Virus record (IMG/VR): IMGVR_UViG_3300030102_006261 | Coordinates: 32,001-96,000 of that record | From: a virus | Strand: one strand, 5' to 3' | Length of the DNA: 64,000 nt | In this document: positions 19,285 to 28,315 of the stretch, piece after piece | Numbering within the stretch: the first letter of the stretch is position 1 | Layout of the letters: each line of letters begins with the position of its first letter | The notes under the pieces: generated by a model | What the model saw: only the letters and a program-made list of their open reading frames with translations | Told to the model about the DNA's origin: nothing | Database searches by the model: none | Program-made: the position numbers and the translations under genes

Positions 19285-19715
19285 ATTCACGTCTAGGAAA
19301 AATCATAAACTATGCTCTCGATAAAAATAAAGATGATTTTTCCTCTTTGTTGCGGGAAGAAATAGAGGAGCGAGTAAATCACATTAAAAAGAGTAAGTAT
19401 CCTGAACTCTTAGATCGACTAGTTTTTTCGCCTAAAGATCAACAAACACTAAATATTAGTGAAGAGGAATATGCTGAATCAATCAAAATAATTCCATTAT
19501 TAAATGAATTAGCAAATAAAAAAGGCAATGTTAGCGTAACGTTTTCAGATAATAGCGAAACAGTAGTAACATCAAAGGATATAGATAGTTTGATTAAACT
19601 GCATGATGCATTAAATGAAGAAAATCAAGTAATTTTAAGATCTTCTTTAGTTGAAAGCAAAGAATCATTTAAAAGTAGTGCTAATTTTGCAAAAAAATAC
19701 ACCAGAAAGGGTTAA
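19281..19715 (+). CDS. Prohead core protein-like hypothetical (gp67/gp68 position)
   Basis: Between portal and protease; ATGA overlap; L..LHD.LNEENQ motif seen in T4-like core proteins. Confidence 0.5.
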   Translation: MNSRLGKIINYALDKNKDDFSSLLREEIEERVNHIKKSKYPELLDRLVFSPKDQQTLNISEEEYAESIKIIPLLNELANKKGNVSVTFSDNSETVVTSKDIDSLIKLHDALNEENQVILRSSLVESKESFKSSANFAKKYTRKG

Positions 19716-19719
19716 ATAA

Positions 19720-20271
19720 ATGTCCAAGTCTTTAAACATAATTCAGAACATCATTGATGAGAATCTTATCGATGCAAAGAGAGAAACTCAGGCATATCTC
19801 AATGATATATTATCTGAGGCACTTAAAGAAAAATTCGAAGAGGTAGCCCCTACCGTCATCGGAGAAAAGTATCACGGTGATAAAAAGAAAAAGAATAAAA
19901 AAGGTAAGAAGCACTCATGTGCAAATAAAGTAGAGCACGTTGATTGGGGTGAGGGCACCTGTATTAGTGAACACCATGCCAACCCAGATGAAAATGGTTT
20001 TGTCTCTTGGTATGATGTTCAATTTGAACATGGTGTAGAGAAGAGAGTTCCCACCGAGGACCTTACAATTCTTGCTGAGTCCATGCACGAACATGCAGAA
20101 AATCCAGAAGACTTAGACGTGATCGAAGAAGAAGAGGGTAATGACAAAGATGGTGATGGTGATGGCGACTTTGCCGATATTATGATGGCTAGAATGATCA
20201 AGTCTGGTATGTCAAAAGAAGAAGCAATGAAAAAGACCAGAAAGCATAACAAAAAAGGTAAGAAGGATTGA
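19720..20271 (+). CDS. Putative internal head/core protein
   Basis: Between portal and protease; charged, His-rich, DKDGDGDGDFAD motif, several L/I-x-E potential gp21 sites. Confidence 0.5.
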   Translation: MSKSLNIIQNIIDENLIDAKRETQAYLNDILSEALKEKFEEVAPTVIGEKYHGDKKKKNKKGKKHSCANKVEHVDWGEGTCISEHHANPDENGFVSWYDVQFEHGVEKRVPTEDLTILAESMHEHAENPEDLDVIEEEEGNDKDGDGDGDFADIMMARMIKSGMSKEEAMKKTRKHNKKGKKD

Positions 20272-20275
20272 TCCA

Positions 20276-20923
20276 ATGAAATTAATCACGGAAATGAACG
20301 AGGACGTTCAATTAATCACCGAAAAGCGTGACGATGGAACCAAGGAGTTTTATATCCGTGGTAATTTCATGCAAGCGGGTGTAAAAAACAGAAACAATAG
20401 AATTTATGATATTGATGTTTTATCTCCTGCTGTTGACAAGTATATGACTGAATATGTTGAAAAGAATAGGGCTCTGGGTGAACTCAATCACCCTAGTGGT
20501 CCAACAGTTAACTTGGATAGGGTTTCTCATATCATCAAAGAAATGACTGCCGAAGGTAATAACTTTGTTGGTAAAGCCAAAATTCTCAACACTCCCATGG
20601 GAAAAATTGTACAGAACTTAATTGAAGAGGGTGCATGTCTCGGGGTATCATCTCGGGGAATGGGATCTCTGAAAAAGAACAATAGTGGAATAAATGAGGT
20701 ACAAAAAGATTTCATTCTGTCTGCGGTAGATATCGTGGCAGATCCATCTGCACCTGATGCCTTTGTTGACGGTATCATGGAGGGTAGAGAGTGGATATGG
20801 GATAATGGGGTAATCCGTGAAAAACAAATCGCTGAGTATGAAAGAGTAATCAAGGAATCAACCAGAAAAAACTTAGAAGAAAACGCGATTCGAGCATTCA
20901 AAGATTTCATTTCCAAATTGTAA
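20276..20923 (+). CDS. gp21: Prohead protease gp21
   Basis: MKLITE, KNRN.RIY, RALGEL.HP, KIL.TPMG, LGVSSRGMGS, DIVADPSAPDAFV.GIME. Confidence 0.96.
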   Translation: MKLITEMNEDVQLITEKRDDGTKEFYIRGNFMQAGVKNRNNRIYDIDVLSPAVDKYMTEYVEKNRALGELNHPSGPTVNLDRVSHIIKEMTAEGNNFVGKAKILNTPMGKIVQNLIEEGACLGVSSRGMGSLKKNNSGINEVQKDFILSAVDIVADPSAPDAFVDGIMEGREWIWDNGVIREKQIAEYERVIKESTRKNLEENAIRAFKDFISKL

Positions 20924-20928
20924 AAAAT

Positions 20929-20936
20929 TATAAATA
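20929..20936 (+). promoter_or_regulatory. T4-type late promoter
   Basis: Exact intergenic TATAAATA upstream of the scaffold gene. Confidence 0.8.
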
Positions 20937-20964
20937 ACAAAGAATAGGCTTTAAGGAGCACCTA

Positions 20965-21921
20965 ATGGAAGACCAAACAAACATGGCCTCAGAAACTGAG
21001 GATAAGAAAAAGAAAAAGAAGGCAACCCAAGGCACCACACAAGTGGTCCAAGATGCTGAGGGTGGTGGTGATCAAGACGCAGAAGGTAAGGGTACCATGC
21101 TACAAACCCTAGAACCAGTTGCGAACGCACAAACTGCTGCCAACATGGCAACAATCGCATGTCCAAAGATGGAGAGTGTGGATGTTGACGAGTGCATGGG
21201 AGCACTTTTTTCAGATGAAAGTTTATCTGAAGAGTTTGCGTCAAAGGTTCGTGTCGTATTTGAAGCCGCAGTAAACACAAAAATTGAGGACTACAGTGCT
21301 CAAATTCAGGAATCATACGATGAGCTAATCAAAGAGCAACTAACTGATGTTGTTGCTGACTTATCAGAAAAGCTTGATGATTACCTCAACTTTGTAGTCA
21401 CTGAGTGGATGCAAGAAAATGAATTAGCTGTAGAACGAGGAATTAAGTCTGATATTGCAGAAAGCTTTATCTCTGGAATCAAGACTCTATTCGAAAATCA
21501 TTACATTGACGTTCCAAATGAACGTTATGATGTTCTTGATGAATTGTTTGAAGCAAATGAACAACTACAGAGTCAACTTAACGAACAAATTGAAAAGAAC
21601 ATTGATCTTTTCAATGAATTAAAGAATGCAAAGGCACAAGAAATTTTTGTTGAGTCAACTTATGATTTAACTGAGACTCAGAAAGAAAAATTCTTTGATC
21701 TTGCGAAGAACGTGGCGTTCGAAGATGAAACATCATTTGCCGATAAGCTTAACGCTCTTAAAGAAAACTACTTCCCCCTACAACCAGAGGGAATTTTAAC
21801 TGAATCCACTGATCCAATGACAGAAGAAGTCCAAGGATTAAAGGATGTTAATGTTGATTCGTCAATGAACGCTTATGTTTCTCATCTACAACATCAAATG
21901 AGACACGCAAAAAAATCTTAA
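20965..21921 (+). CDS. gp22: Prohead core scaffold gp22
   Basis: LSEEF..K...FEAAV, DDYL..V..EW..ENE.A.E.G, LFE.HYIDVP, KL..LKE.YF, M..Y motifs. Confidence 0.92.
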   Translation: MEDQTNMASETEDKKKKKKATQGTTQVVQDAEGGGDQDAEGKGTMLQTLEPVANAQTAANMATIACPKMESVDVDECMGALFSDESLSEEFASKVRVVFEAAVNTKIEDYSAQIQESYDELIKEQLTDVVADLSEKLDDYLNFVVTEWMQENELAVERGIKSDIAESFISGIKTLFENHYIDVPNERYDVLDELFEANEQLQSQLNEQIEKNIDLFNELKNAKAQEIFVESTYDLTETQKEKFFDLAKNVAFEDETSFADKLNALKENYFPLQPEGILTESTDPMTEEVQGLKDVNVDSSMNAYVSHLQHQMRHAKKS

Positions 21922-21948
21922 ATTAAAACTCTAAGGAGACAAAAAAAA

Positions 21949-23460
21949 ATGTCTAATTTCGATACTACTACACCTTTTGACGCACTATGCGAGAAGTGGG
22001 ATCCCCTACTTGAGCATGACAGCGTTCAGTCCATCGATGACCCCTACAAAAAGAAGGTCACCGCAGCTCTACTTGAGAACCAAGAGAGAGCCATTCTTGA
22101 GCAGAACTTAAACGAGGCTGCTCCCACCAACAGCATGGGTGCTGCCGCTTTTGGCTACACCGATGGTGTTTCACCATCCAGCCGTCAGGGTGCCCTTCAG
22201 GGTTATGATCCCATTCTGATCAGCCTTGTTCGTCGTGCTATGCCAAACTTAATGGCATATGATCTTGCTGGTGTTCAGCCCATGAGCGCACCCACCGGAC
22301 TCATCTTCGCAATGAGATCCCGTTACGGCGCTGCTCGTGGAACAGCCAACAGCACCACCAACGAAGCACTCTTCCAAGAGCCCTTCGCAGTATTCTCTGG
22401 TGGTGGTTCTGGTGCTACTGTTGGTCACGGTTACGGTAAGACTTCTGGTATTGATGGTACTACCGGTACCACGGCCGACGGTGGACCCACTGCTGCGTTC
22501 TCTGCTGCTGATGGTGTTAAGCCAATTAGTGAATCCGGTACCCGTGGTGGAGACTTCAACAAGCAGAACTTTGAAATGTTCAGAGGAATGCTTACTGGTG
22601 CTGGTGAAGCACTCGGCACTGATGGTAACTCCGCATTCGCAGAGATGAACTTCACCATCGAAAGAATCGCTGTTGAAGCAAGAACTCGTGCCCTCAAGGC
22701 AGAGTACACCACTGAACTCGCTCAGGATCTCCGAGCAGTCCATGGTCTCGACGCTGAAACTGAACTTGCTAACATTCTTAGCACCGAGATTCTCACTGAA
22801 ATCAACCGTGAACTCATCCGCACTCTGTACTATAAGGCTAAGATCGGATGTCAGCAGACTGATATCGAGAACAACGGTGTTTACGATCTGACTCTTGATT
22901 CAGACGGTCGTTGGAGTGCTGAAAGATTCCGTGGACTCATGTTCCAAATCGAGCGTGAGTGTAACGTAATCGCAAAGGAAACTCGCCGTGGTAAGGGTAA
23001 CTTCATCGTCGTTTCGTCCGACGTTGCAAGTGCTCTTGCAATGGGTGGCTTCCTTAACCTTTCACCCGCTCTCAACACTCAGCTAGAAGTTGATGACACT
23101 GGTAACACCTTCGCAGGTATTCTTAACGGTAGGATTCGAGTCTACATCGATCCCTACGCTGCAACCGATACCGATACGGATACCGCTCACTCGAACTTCT
23201 GCCTAGTTGGTTACAAGGGAACCAGCCCATATGATGCAGGTATGTTCTACTGCCCATACGTACCCCTCCAGATGGTACGAGCGGTTGACACCGGTAGCTT
23301 CCAGCCCAAGATCGGGTTCAAGACCCGCTACGGCATGGTTAGCAACCCATTCGCGCAGACAGTTGATATCGCGCAGCCCGGTGGTAACCAGTACTACAGA
23401 CTGTTCGCAGTCAAGAACCTTCACGGTAACAACGCTAACCTCCTCGAAGCTAGCTCCTAA
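21949..23460 (+). CDS. gp23: Major capsid protein gp23
   Basis: EKW.PLL, LLENQE, DPILISLVRRAMPNL.AYD..GVQPM..PTGLIFAMRS, RALKAEY..ELAQDL.AVHGLDAE.EL, FYCPYVPLQMVRA, FQPKIGFKTRYG. Confidence 0.98.
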   Translation: MSNFDTTTPFDALCEKWDPLLEHDSVQSIDDPYKKKVTAALLENQERAILEQNLNEAAPTNSMGAAAFGYTDGVSPSSRQGALQGYDPILISLVRRAMPNLMAYDLAGVQPMSAPTGLIFAMRSRYGAARGTANSTTNEALFQEPFAVFSGGGSGATVGHGYGKTSGIDGTTGTTADGGPTAAFSAADGVKPISESGTRGGDFNKQNFEMFRGMLTGAGEALGTDGNSAFAEMNFTIERIAVEARTRALKAEYTTELAQDLRAVHGLDAETELANILSTEILTEINRELIRTLYYKAKIGCQQTDIENNGVYDLTLDSDGRWSAERFRGLMFQIERECNVIAKETRRGKGNFIVVSSDVASALAMGGFLNLSPALNTQLEVDDTGNTFAGILNGRIRVYIDPYAATDTDTDTAHSNFCLVGYKGTSPYDAGMFYCPYVPLQMVRAVDTGSFQPKIGFKTRYGMVSNPFAQTVDIAQPGGNQYYRLFAVKNLHGNNANLLEASS

Positions 23461-23489
23461 TAGCTGCTGGTTAGTCGAAGTCAAAATAG

Positions 23490-23522
23490 CAGCGAGGGTC
23501 TTCGGACCCTCGCTGTTTTTTT
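23490..23522 (+). terminator. Rho-independent terminator after gp23, with a C(UUCG)G tetraloop
   Basis: Perfect 11-bp stem CAGCGAGGGTC-TTCG-GACCCTCGCTG followed by T7. Confidence 0.93.
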
Positions 23523-23523
23523 A

Positions 23524-23531
23524 TATAAATA
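23524..23531 (+). promoter_or_regulatory. T4-type late promoter
   Basis: Exact TATAAATA immediately after the terminator, before the GGAGG SD and gp3. Confidence 0.8.
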
Positions 23532-23546
23532 TTATGGAGGAATAAT

Positions 23547-24107
23547 ATGCCTTTAACAGGACCAGCCGAACTTCTTCATAGCTCTGAAATTAGAAAGCCC
23601 ACAACTAACAATTTTCTGGGCACAAACTACTTCCAATTTGTTTTAAATAGAGCGCCCCTCTTGACATACTTCTGTCAATCTGTTAACCTACCATCATTAA
23701 CTATTGGTTTTGCTGATATTCCAGTGGCTGGAGTTGGTGTTCCATTTAAAAATCCAGTTGGTAGGTACTCGTATGAGCAGTTAACTGTTTCCTTCCTAGT
23801 GGATGAGGAAATGAAAAACTGGCGAGAGATACACGATTGGATGAGAACCCTGAGTACAGCAGAGTCAATGGGTAGTGAAAAAACTTCAGAGGTAATACCA
23901 CATGAAGAAAGATTTGATACCGCAACTCTTATAATTATGAACAGTGCTTACAAACCAAATGTTAGGGTGACACTAAATGAATTATTCCCAGTGGGAATCA
24001 GTGGTATTCAGTTTTCGTCAGTTTCAGTTGATACAGAACCAGTTGTAGCCACTGCAACATTCGCATACACTTCGTACAAGGTAGAAGATATATCTAATGA
24101 ATCTTAA
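23547..24107 (+). CDS. gp3: Tail completion/tube terminator gp3
   Basis: NFL....F.F...R.P...YFCQ.V.LP, F.VDE.M.NW.EI..W, FP...SGI.F motifs; position after gp23. Confidence 0.85.
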   Translation: MPLTGPAELLHSSEIRKPTTNNFLGTNYFQFVLNRAPLLTYFCQSVNLPSLTIGFADIPVAGVGVPFKNPVGRYSYEQLTVSFLVDEEMKNWREIHDWMRTLSTAESMGSEKTSEVIPHEERFDTATLIIMNSAYKPNVRVTLNELFPVGISGIQFSSVSVDTEPVVATATFAYTSYKVEDISNES

Positions 24108-24531
24108 TGAAATACGTGAAATGGTTTCCAAAGATGTAATTATAGATGAAACCAACCTAGATCAAGAGTCAATAAAGACACCACAACTTCATAATAAATA
24201 CCTAATATTTTTTGGTGATGAGAAGCTCATTTTGAAGAAATTAGAAACAGATCTAAGAGGTCTCAAGAAAGTGAAATGGTTATACTATACAGGTAAACTT
24301 TCACAAGAAGAACTTGAGGAGCAGGGTTGGGAACCTTTTGATTATCATGTGCTCAAGACTGACGTTGATCGATTCATCAACGCCGATGACGACATCATCC
24401 TACTTGAAAATAAAGTAGCTCTTCAAAAGGAAAAGGTTGATTATCTAGAGAACGTGATAAAAATTGTGACTGGTAGACAGTGGAATATAAAGACCGCGTT
24501 GGACTGGTTCAAATTCACCAGTGGTGCATGA
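24097..24531 (+). CDS. uvsY: Recombination mediator UvsY
   Basis: D..ID...LD.ES...P.LH.KY, KW.YY.GK, R.WNIK.A..W.KF. Confidence 0.88.
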   Translation: MNLNEIREMVSKDVIIDETNLDQESIKTPQLHNKYLIFFGDEKLILKKLETDLRGLKKVKWLYYTGKLSQEELEEQGWEPFDYHVLKTDVDRFINADDDIILLENKVALQKEKVDYLENVIKIVTGRQWNIKTALDWFKFTSGA

Positions 24532-24533
24532 GA

Positions 24534-24541
24534 CATAAATA
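24534..24541 (+). promoter_or_regulatory. Possible late promoter variant
   Basis: CATAAATA in the short gap before uvsW. Confidence 0.4.
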
Positions 24542-24547
24542 TGGTAT

Positions 24548-26059
24548 ATGAGTGATTTAATTATTAAACCTGTGGATTCTGTTCACATATACATTGAGTG
24601 TGAAGAAAGTTTAGCCCGAGAGTTAAACGAATATTTTACGTTTCTTGTACCAAATTATCAATTCACACCAGCATACAAAAAAAGAAAATGGGATGGTCAA
24701 ATTCGTCTGTTTAATTTGTACAGTCGAAGAATATACACTGGACTATTGAACTATGTAATTAAGTTTGCTATTGATCGAAATTATTCATATGAAAATCAAG
24801 TTCAGTCAGATAATAGTGTGACAAAAGAATCTGTAATAGATTTACTCACAAGTATCAAAGTTAGTGCGAATGGTGAAAATATAACACCACACGATCACCA
24901 AGTAAAAGCCATATATCATGCTCTAAAGAAAAATAGATGCTTACTACTTTCTCCTACTGGAAGCGGTAAATCTCTGATAATTTATTATTTGATGCGTCAC
25001 TATCTGGAAAATATTGACGAGGATAAAAAAATACTCATAGTTGTTCCCACCACAGGGTTAGTGTCGCAAATGTACAATGACTTCAAAGAATATTCCTCGA
25101 ATGATACATGGGATATCACAAAAAATGCACATGTAATATTCTCAGGTCAGGATAAGTTGACTGACAAAAGAATAGTTATTTCTACGTGGCAAAGTATATA
25201 CAAGATGCCCATTGAATATTTTAATGACTTTTCGGTTGTCTTCGGTGACGAGTGTCATTTATTCAAAGCAAAGTCCCTGACTTCTTTGATGTCTAAAACA
25301 AAAGATTGCCCCTATAAGATAGGAACAACCGGAACTCTAGATGGATCCCAAACTCATAAGTTAGTTATCGAGGGATTATTTGGACCTGTTTTTAACGTGG
25401 TAAAAACAAAAGAACTAATGGAGCAGGATCTACTTTCAAACTTATCCATTGATTGTATTACCTTACAATATAATCAGGATTCAATCAACGAGATCAAAAG
25501 AGCAAAGTACATGGATGAAATTAAATGGCTAACACAGAAAAAAGAGAGAAATGATTTCATAACCAATTTATGCTGTAGACTAAAGGGAAATACACTTTTG
25601 CTGTTCAATTATGTCGAGCAACATGGAATCCCTTTATATGAAAAAATTAAAGAGATATGTCCAAATGAAAAGGTTTTTCTGATTCATGGGGGCACAGACA
25701 CAGAGCAAAGAGAAAGGATAAGAAAAATTGTTGATAAGGAATCTAAAGCTATTCTTGTCGCGTCTTATGGAACCTGCTCTACTGGCATTAATATTAGGAA
25801 TATTAACAATATTGTTTTTGCTTCGCCTTCTAAGTCAGTAGTCAGAGTATTGCAGTCTATAGGTAGAGGATTAAGAAAAACAAAGACAAAGGACAAAGTA
25901 AAATTGTATGATATATCTGATGATTTATGTCATAAGAGCTATAGAAACCACACCCTCCGTCACCTCGATGAAAGAATCAAGATATATACTAATGAAGAAT
26001 TTAAGTATGAGAAAACTAATATCCGCATAGAAGGAGATACTCATGAGCAACTCTTATAG
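24548..26059 (+). CDS. uvsW: SF2 DNA helicase UvsW
   Basis: WDG.IRL, LLSPTGSGKS, ISTWQS, GDECH.FKAKSL, GTTGT, ASYGT.STGINI, LQSIGR.LR. Confidence 0.95.
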   Translation: MSDLIIKPVDSVHIYIECEESLARELNEYFTFLVPNYQFTPAYKKRKWDGQIRLFNLYSRRIYTGLLNYVIKFAIDRNYSYENQVQSDNSVTKESVIDLLTSIKVSANGENITPHDHQVKAIYHALKKNRCLLLSPTGSGKSLIIYYLMRHYLENIDEDKKILIVVPTTGLVSQMYNDFKEYSSNDTWDITKNAHVIFSGQDKLTDKRIVISTWQSIYKMPIEYFNDFSVVFGDECHLFKAKSLTSLMSKTKDCPYKIGTTGTLDGSQTHKLVIEGLFGPVFNVVKTKELMEQDLLSNLSIDCITLQYNQDSINEIKRAKYMDEIKWLTQKKERNDFITNLCCRLKGNTLLLFNYVEQHGIPLYEKIKEICPNEKVFLIHGGTDTEQRERIRKIVDKESKAILVASYGTCSTGINIRNINNIVFASPSKSVVRVLQSIGRGLRKTKTKDKVKLYDISDDLCHKSYRNHTLRHLDERIKIYTNEEFKYEKTNIRIEGDTHEQLL

Positions 26060-26651
26060 AATTATAAAATTAAAAAGCGGAGAGGATCTAATTACAAAAA
26101 TCAAGGGTAGAGAAAAGGGTAAGTTAATCGTAGAAACGCCCATGATTTTCAAATCAAATATAATCACAGACTTTGGTGGTATTCCAAAGGAAGTCACCAT
26201 ACTTCAAAAATGGTCTAAGTACTCAACAAATAAGGAAGTAAAAATTCCAGAGGATTACATCATTAGTTACTTCACACCAATTGATGAAGCTATTCGTCTT
26301 TATAATCTAGAGAAAAATAAAGAGGAAAAGGAATCAAAAATTAGTAAGCAACTGCCTCCAATGAATAATGATGTTATCAAAAAAATGCTCGATGATTTAG
26401 TTGATTTTAAATCAAATCAAGAGCCGTATGAAGGTGTGTTTAAGTTTATAGGCTCAGAGAAAGACATGGAAGAATTTCTTGATAAGCTAGAAATGAACTT
26501 AGATGACGAGTTTTATAATGAGGAAATGTACATACCATTCGAAGAAATAAACGAGGATATGTACACTGGGGATGATGTACATCATCCGGATTATGGTAAT
26601 AGGTGGACTGATTGGGATTCAGACTTAACTGATTTTCTAGAAGAAGATTAA
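26043..26651 (+). CDS. Conserved T4-like hypothetical protein (Sm-like N-terminal domain, acidic tail)
   Basis: IIKL.SGED.I N-terminus typical of the gene between uvsW and gp55 in marine T4-likes; GGAG SD. Confidence 0.6.
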   Translation: MSNSYRIIKLKSGEDLITKIKGREKGKLIVETPMIFKSNIITDFGGIPKEVTILQKWSKYSTNKEVKIPEDYIISYFTPIDEAIRLYNLEKNKEEKESKISKQLPPMNNDVIKKMLDDLVDFKSNQEPYEGVFKFIGSEKDMEEFLDKLEMNLDDEFYNEEMYIPFEEINEDMYTGDDVHHPDYGNRWTDWDSDLTDFLEED

Positions 26652-26682
26652 TACTATTACCCTTTTCCCTCTGACACAGAGG

Positions 26683-26710
26683 ATTTTATAGTGGTTTAGC
26701 TATTTGTCAA
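26683..26710 (-). promoter_or_regulatory. Leftward sigma70-type promoter, antisense to the upstream genes
   Basis: Minus strand TTGACA-N16-TAAAAT; no ORF of 60 aa or more downstream on that strand. Confidence 0.5.
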
Positions 26711-26718
26711 GTATTTTC

Positions 26719-26746
26719 TTGATTAATTAGAGAAAAGAAGTAGTAT
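26719..26746 (+). promoter_or_regulatory. Sigma70-type promoter for gp55 (leaderless geometry)
   Basis: TTGATT-N16-TAGTAT, then 6 nt to the ATG. Confidence 0.5.
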
Positions 26747-26752
26747 ATTCAT

Positions 26753-27262
26753 ATGAGTAAAAAATCTTCACATTACATAGACAACGACGAATTTTTCAAA
26801 GAGATGTCTGATTGGAAAAGTAAAGTCATAGAGGCAGAAAGCGTCGGAGAAAAACGACCACCTGTAAATGAGTATGTTGGTAAGTGTTTTCTAGATATAG
26901 CAGAGCACTTGGCGCAAAAACCTAACTTTACTAATTATCCATATAAAGACGAGATGATAAGTGACGCTGTAGAAAATTGTCTTCTATATGCACACAATTT
27001 CAATCCAGAAAAATCAAAGAATCCATTTTCATACTTCACTCAAATAACATACTATGCATTTTTGCGTAGAATAGAAAAAGAAAAAAAGCAGCAATACATA
27101 AAGTTTAAGATAACAGAGATGAATGATGATGGTTCTTTGTCCTCTTGGTTTAAAAACAATTATTTTGAAAAAGAAACAACGTCGGATGCAATGAAGGAAC
27201 ATTTCAATATTTCTGATAATGACTTAGAGAGATTAGAGCCTAAAAAGAAAAAGAAAAAATGA
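26753..27262 (+). CDS. gp55: Late-transcription sigma factor gp55
   Basis: HYIDN.EF, G.CFL.IA..L..KPNF.NY.Y..EMISDA.ENC, NF.PEKS.NPF.YFTQI.YYAFLRRI.KEKKQ. Confidence 0.95.
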   Translation: MSKKSSHYIDNDEFFKEMSDWKSKVIEAESVGEKRPPVNEYVGKCFLDIAEHLAQKPNFTNYPYKDEMISDAVENCLLYAHNFNPEKSKNPFSYFTQITYYAFLRRIEKEKKQQYIKFKITEMNDDGSLSSWFKNNYFEKETTSDAMKEHFNISDNDLERLEPKKKKKK

Positions 27263-28314
27263 AAATCGCATTAATAAATGATACTCATTTTGGGGCAAGA
27301 AATGATTCATCTATTTTTCTAAATTACTTCTTAGAATTTTTTGAAGAACAATTTTTCCCCTACTGTATCGAAAATAATATAGATCAAGTATTACATCTAG
27401 GCGATTTGATGGATCGTAGAAAGTTTGTCAACTTCAATACGTTACATGAGGTTCGCACCAGATTTTTTAATAAGTTCAAAGAGAACAGAATTAATTTACA
27501 TTGCACTATTGGTAACCACGATACTTTCTATAGAAATACCAATGAAATAAATTCACTAAAAGAACTATTTGATGATAAGAATGAATATTTTCATTTGTAT
27601 GAAAATCCAACCTCTGTGCATTTTGACAGTCTCTGCGTTGGGCTGATTCCTTGGATTAACAATACAAATCGTCAGGAGTGTGAAGACTTTTTGAAAACAT
27701 GCGCTTGCCCAATTGTAGGTGGTCACTTTGAGCTTAATGGTTACCAAGTTATGCGTGGGGTGAACTTCAGACACGGTATGTCCGATAAATTGTTGCAGCG
27801 ATTTGAGACTGTTTTATCTGGTCATTTTCACAGTAAGAGCACGAAAAATAACGTGTATTATCTGGGCACTCAGTATCAAATAACATTTAGTGATCTAAAT
27901 GACAATAAAGGGTTTCATGTATTAGACACGGAAACAAGAGAACTTCAATTTATAGAGAATAAGAGAAGAAAGTTCTATCATATTGAGTATGATGATACTG
28001 ATCCAAAGTCACTTTCAGACATAGATTACAGTTTCTACAAAGATTGTTATGTTAAGGTTATAGTAAAGAATAAAAACAAAAGAAAAATATTTGACTCATT
28101 CCTCGATACCTTATATAAAAATAAAGTGATTGATATCACTGTTGTGGAGGACATGAGTGATTTTCTCATCGAAGAGGAAACCATTGATATGGCAAAAGAT
28201 ACTTTGACTATAATCAATGATGAAATTGACAGTGATGTTGATATAGAGGAAAAGGGTAAGATAAAGGAAATAATTCGTGATCTTTACATGGAAGGTCTAA
28301 GTTCGTGGGAATAG
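27259..28314 (+). CDS. gp47: Recombination endonuclease gp47 (Mre11/SbcD-like)
   Basis: Metallophosphoesterase DTHFG, GDL.D, GNHD, GHFE, SGHFH motifs. Confidence 0.95.
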   Translation: MKIALINDTHFGARNDSSIFLNYFLEFFEEQFFPYCIENNIDQVLHLGDLMDRRKFVNFNTLHEVRTRFFNKFKENRINLHCTIGNHDTFYRNTNEINSLKELFDDKNEYFHLYENPTSVHFDSLCVGLIPWINNTNRQECEDFLKTCACPIVGGHFELNGYQVMRGVNFRHGMSDKLLQRFETVLSGHFHSKSTKNNVYYLGTQYQITFSDLNDNKGFHVLDTETRELQFIENKRRKFYHIEYDDTDPKSLSDIDYSFYKDCYVKVIVKNKNKRKIFDSFLDTLYKNKVIDITVVEDMSDFLIEEETIDMAKDTLTIINDEIDSDVDIEEKGKIKEIIRDLYMEGLSSWE

Positions 28315-28315
28315 T

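Noticed and set aside
22249-23484. Several long alternative-frame and antisense ORFs over gp23 (likewise 16550-17152 over gp18, 32656-33267 and 58416-58964)
   Set aside because: They overlap well-supported genes and have no motifs; expected shadows of biased codon usage.
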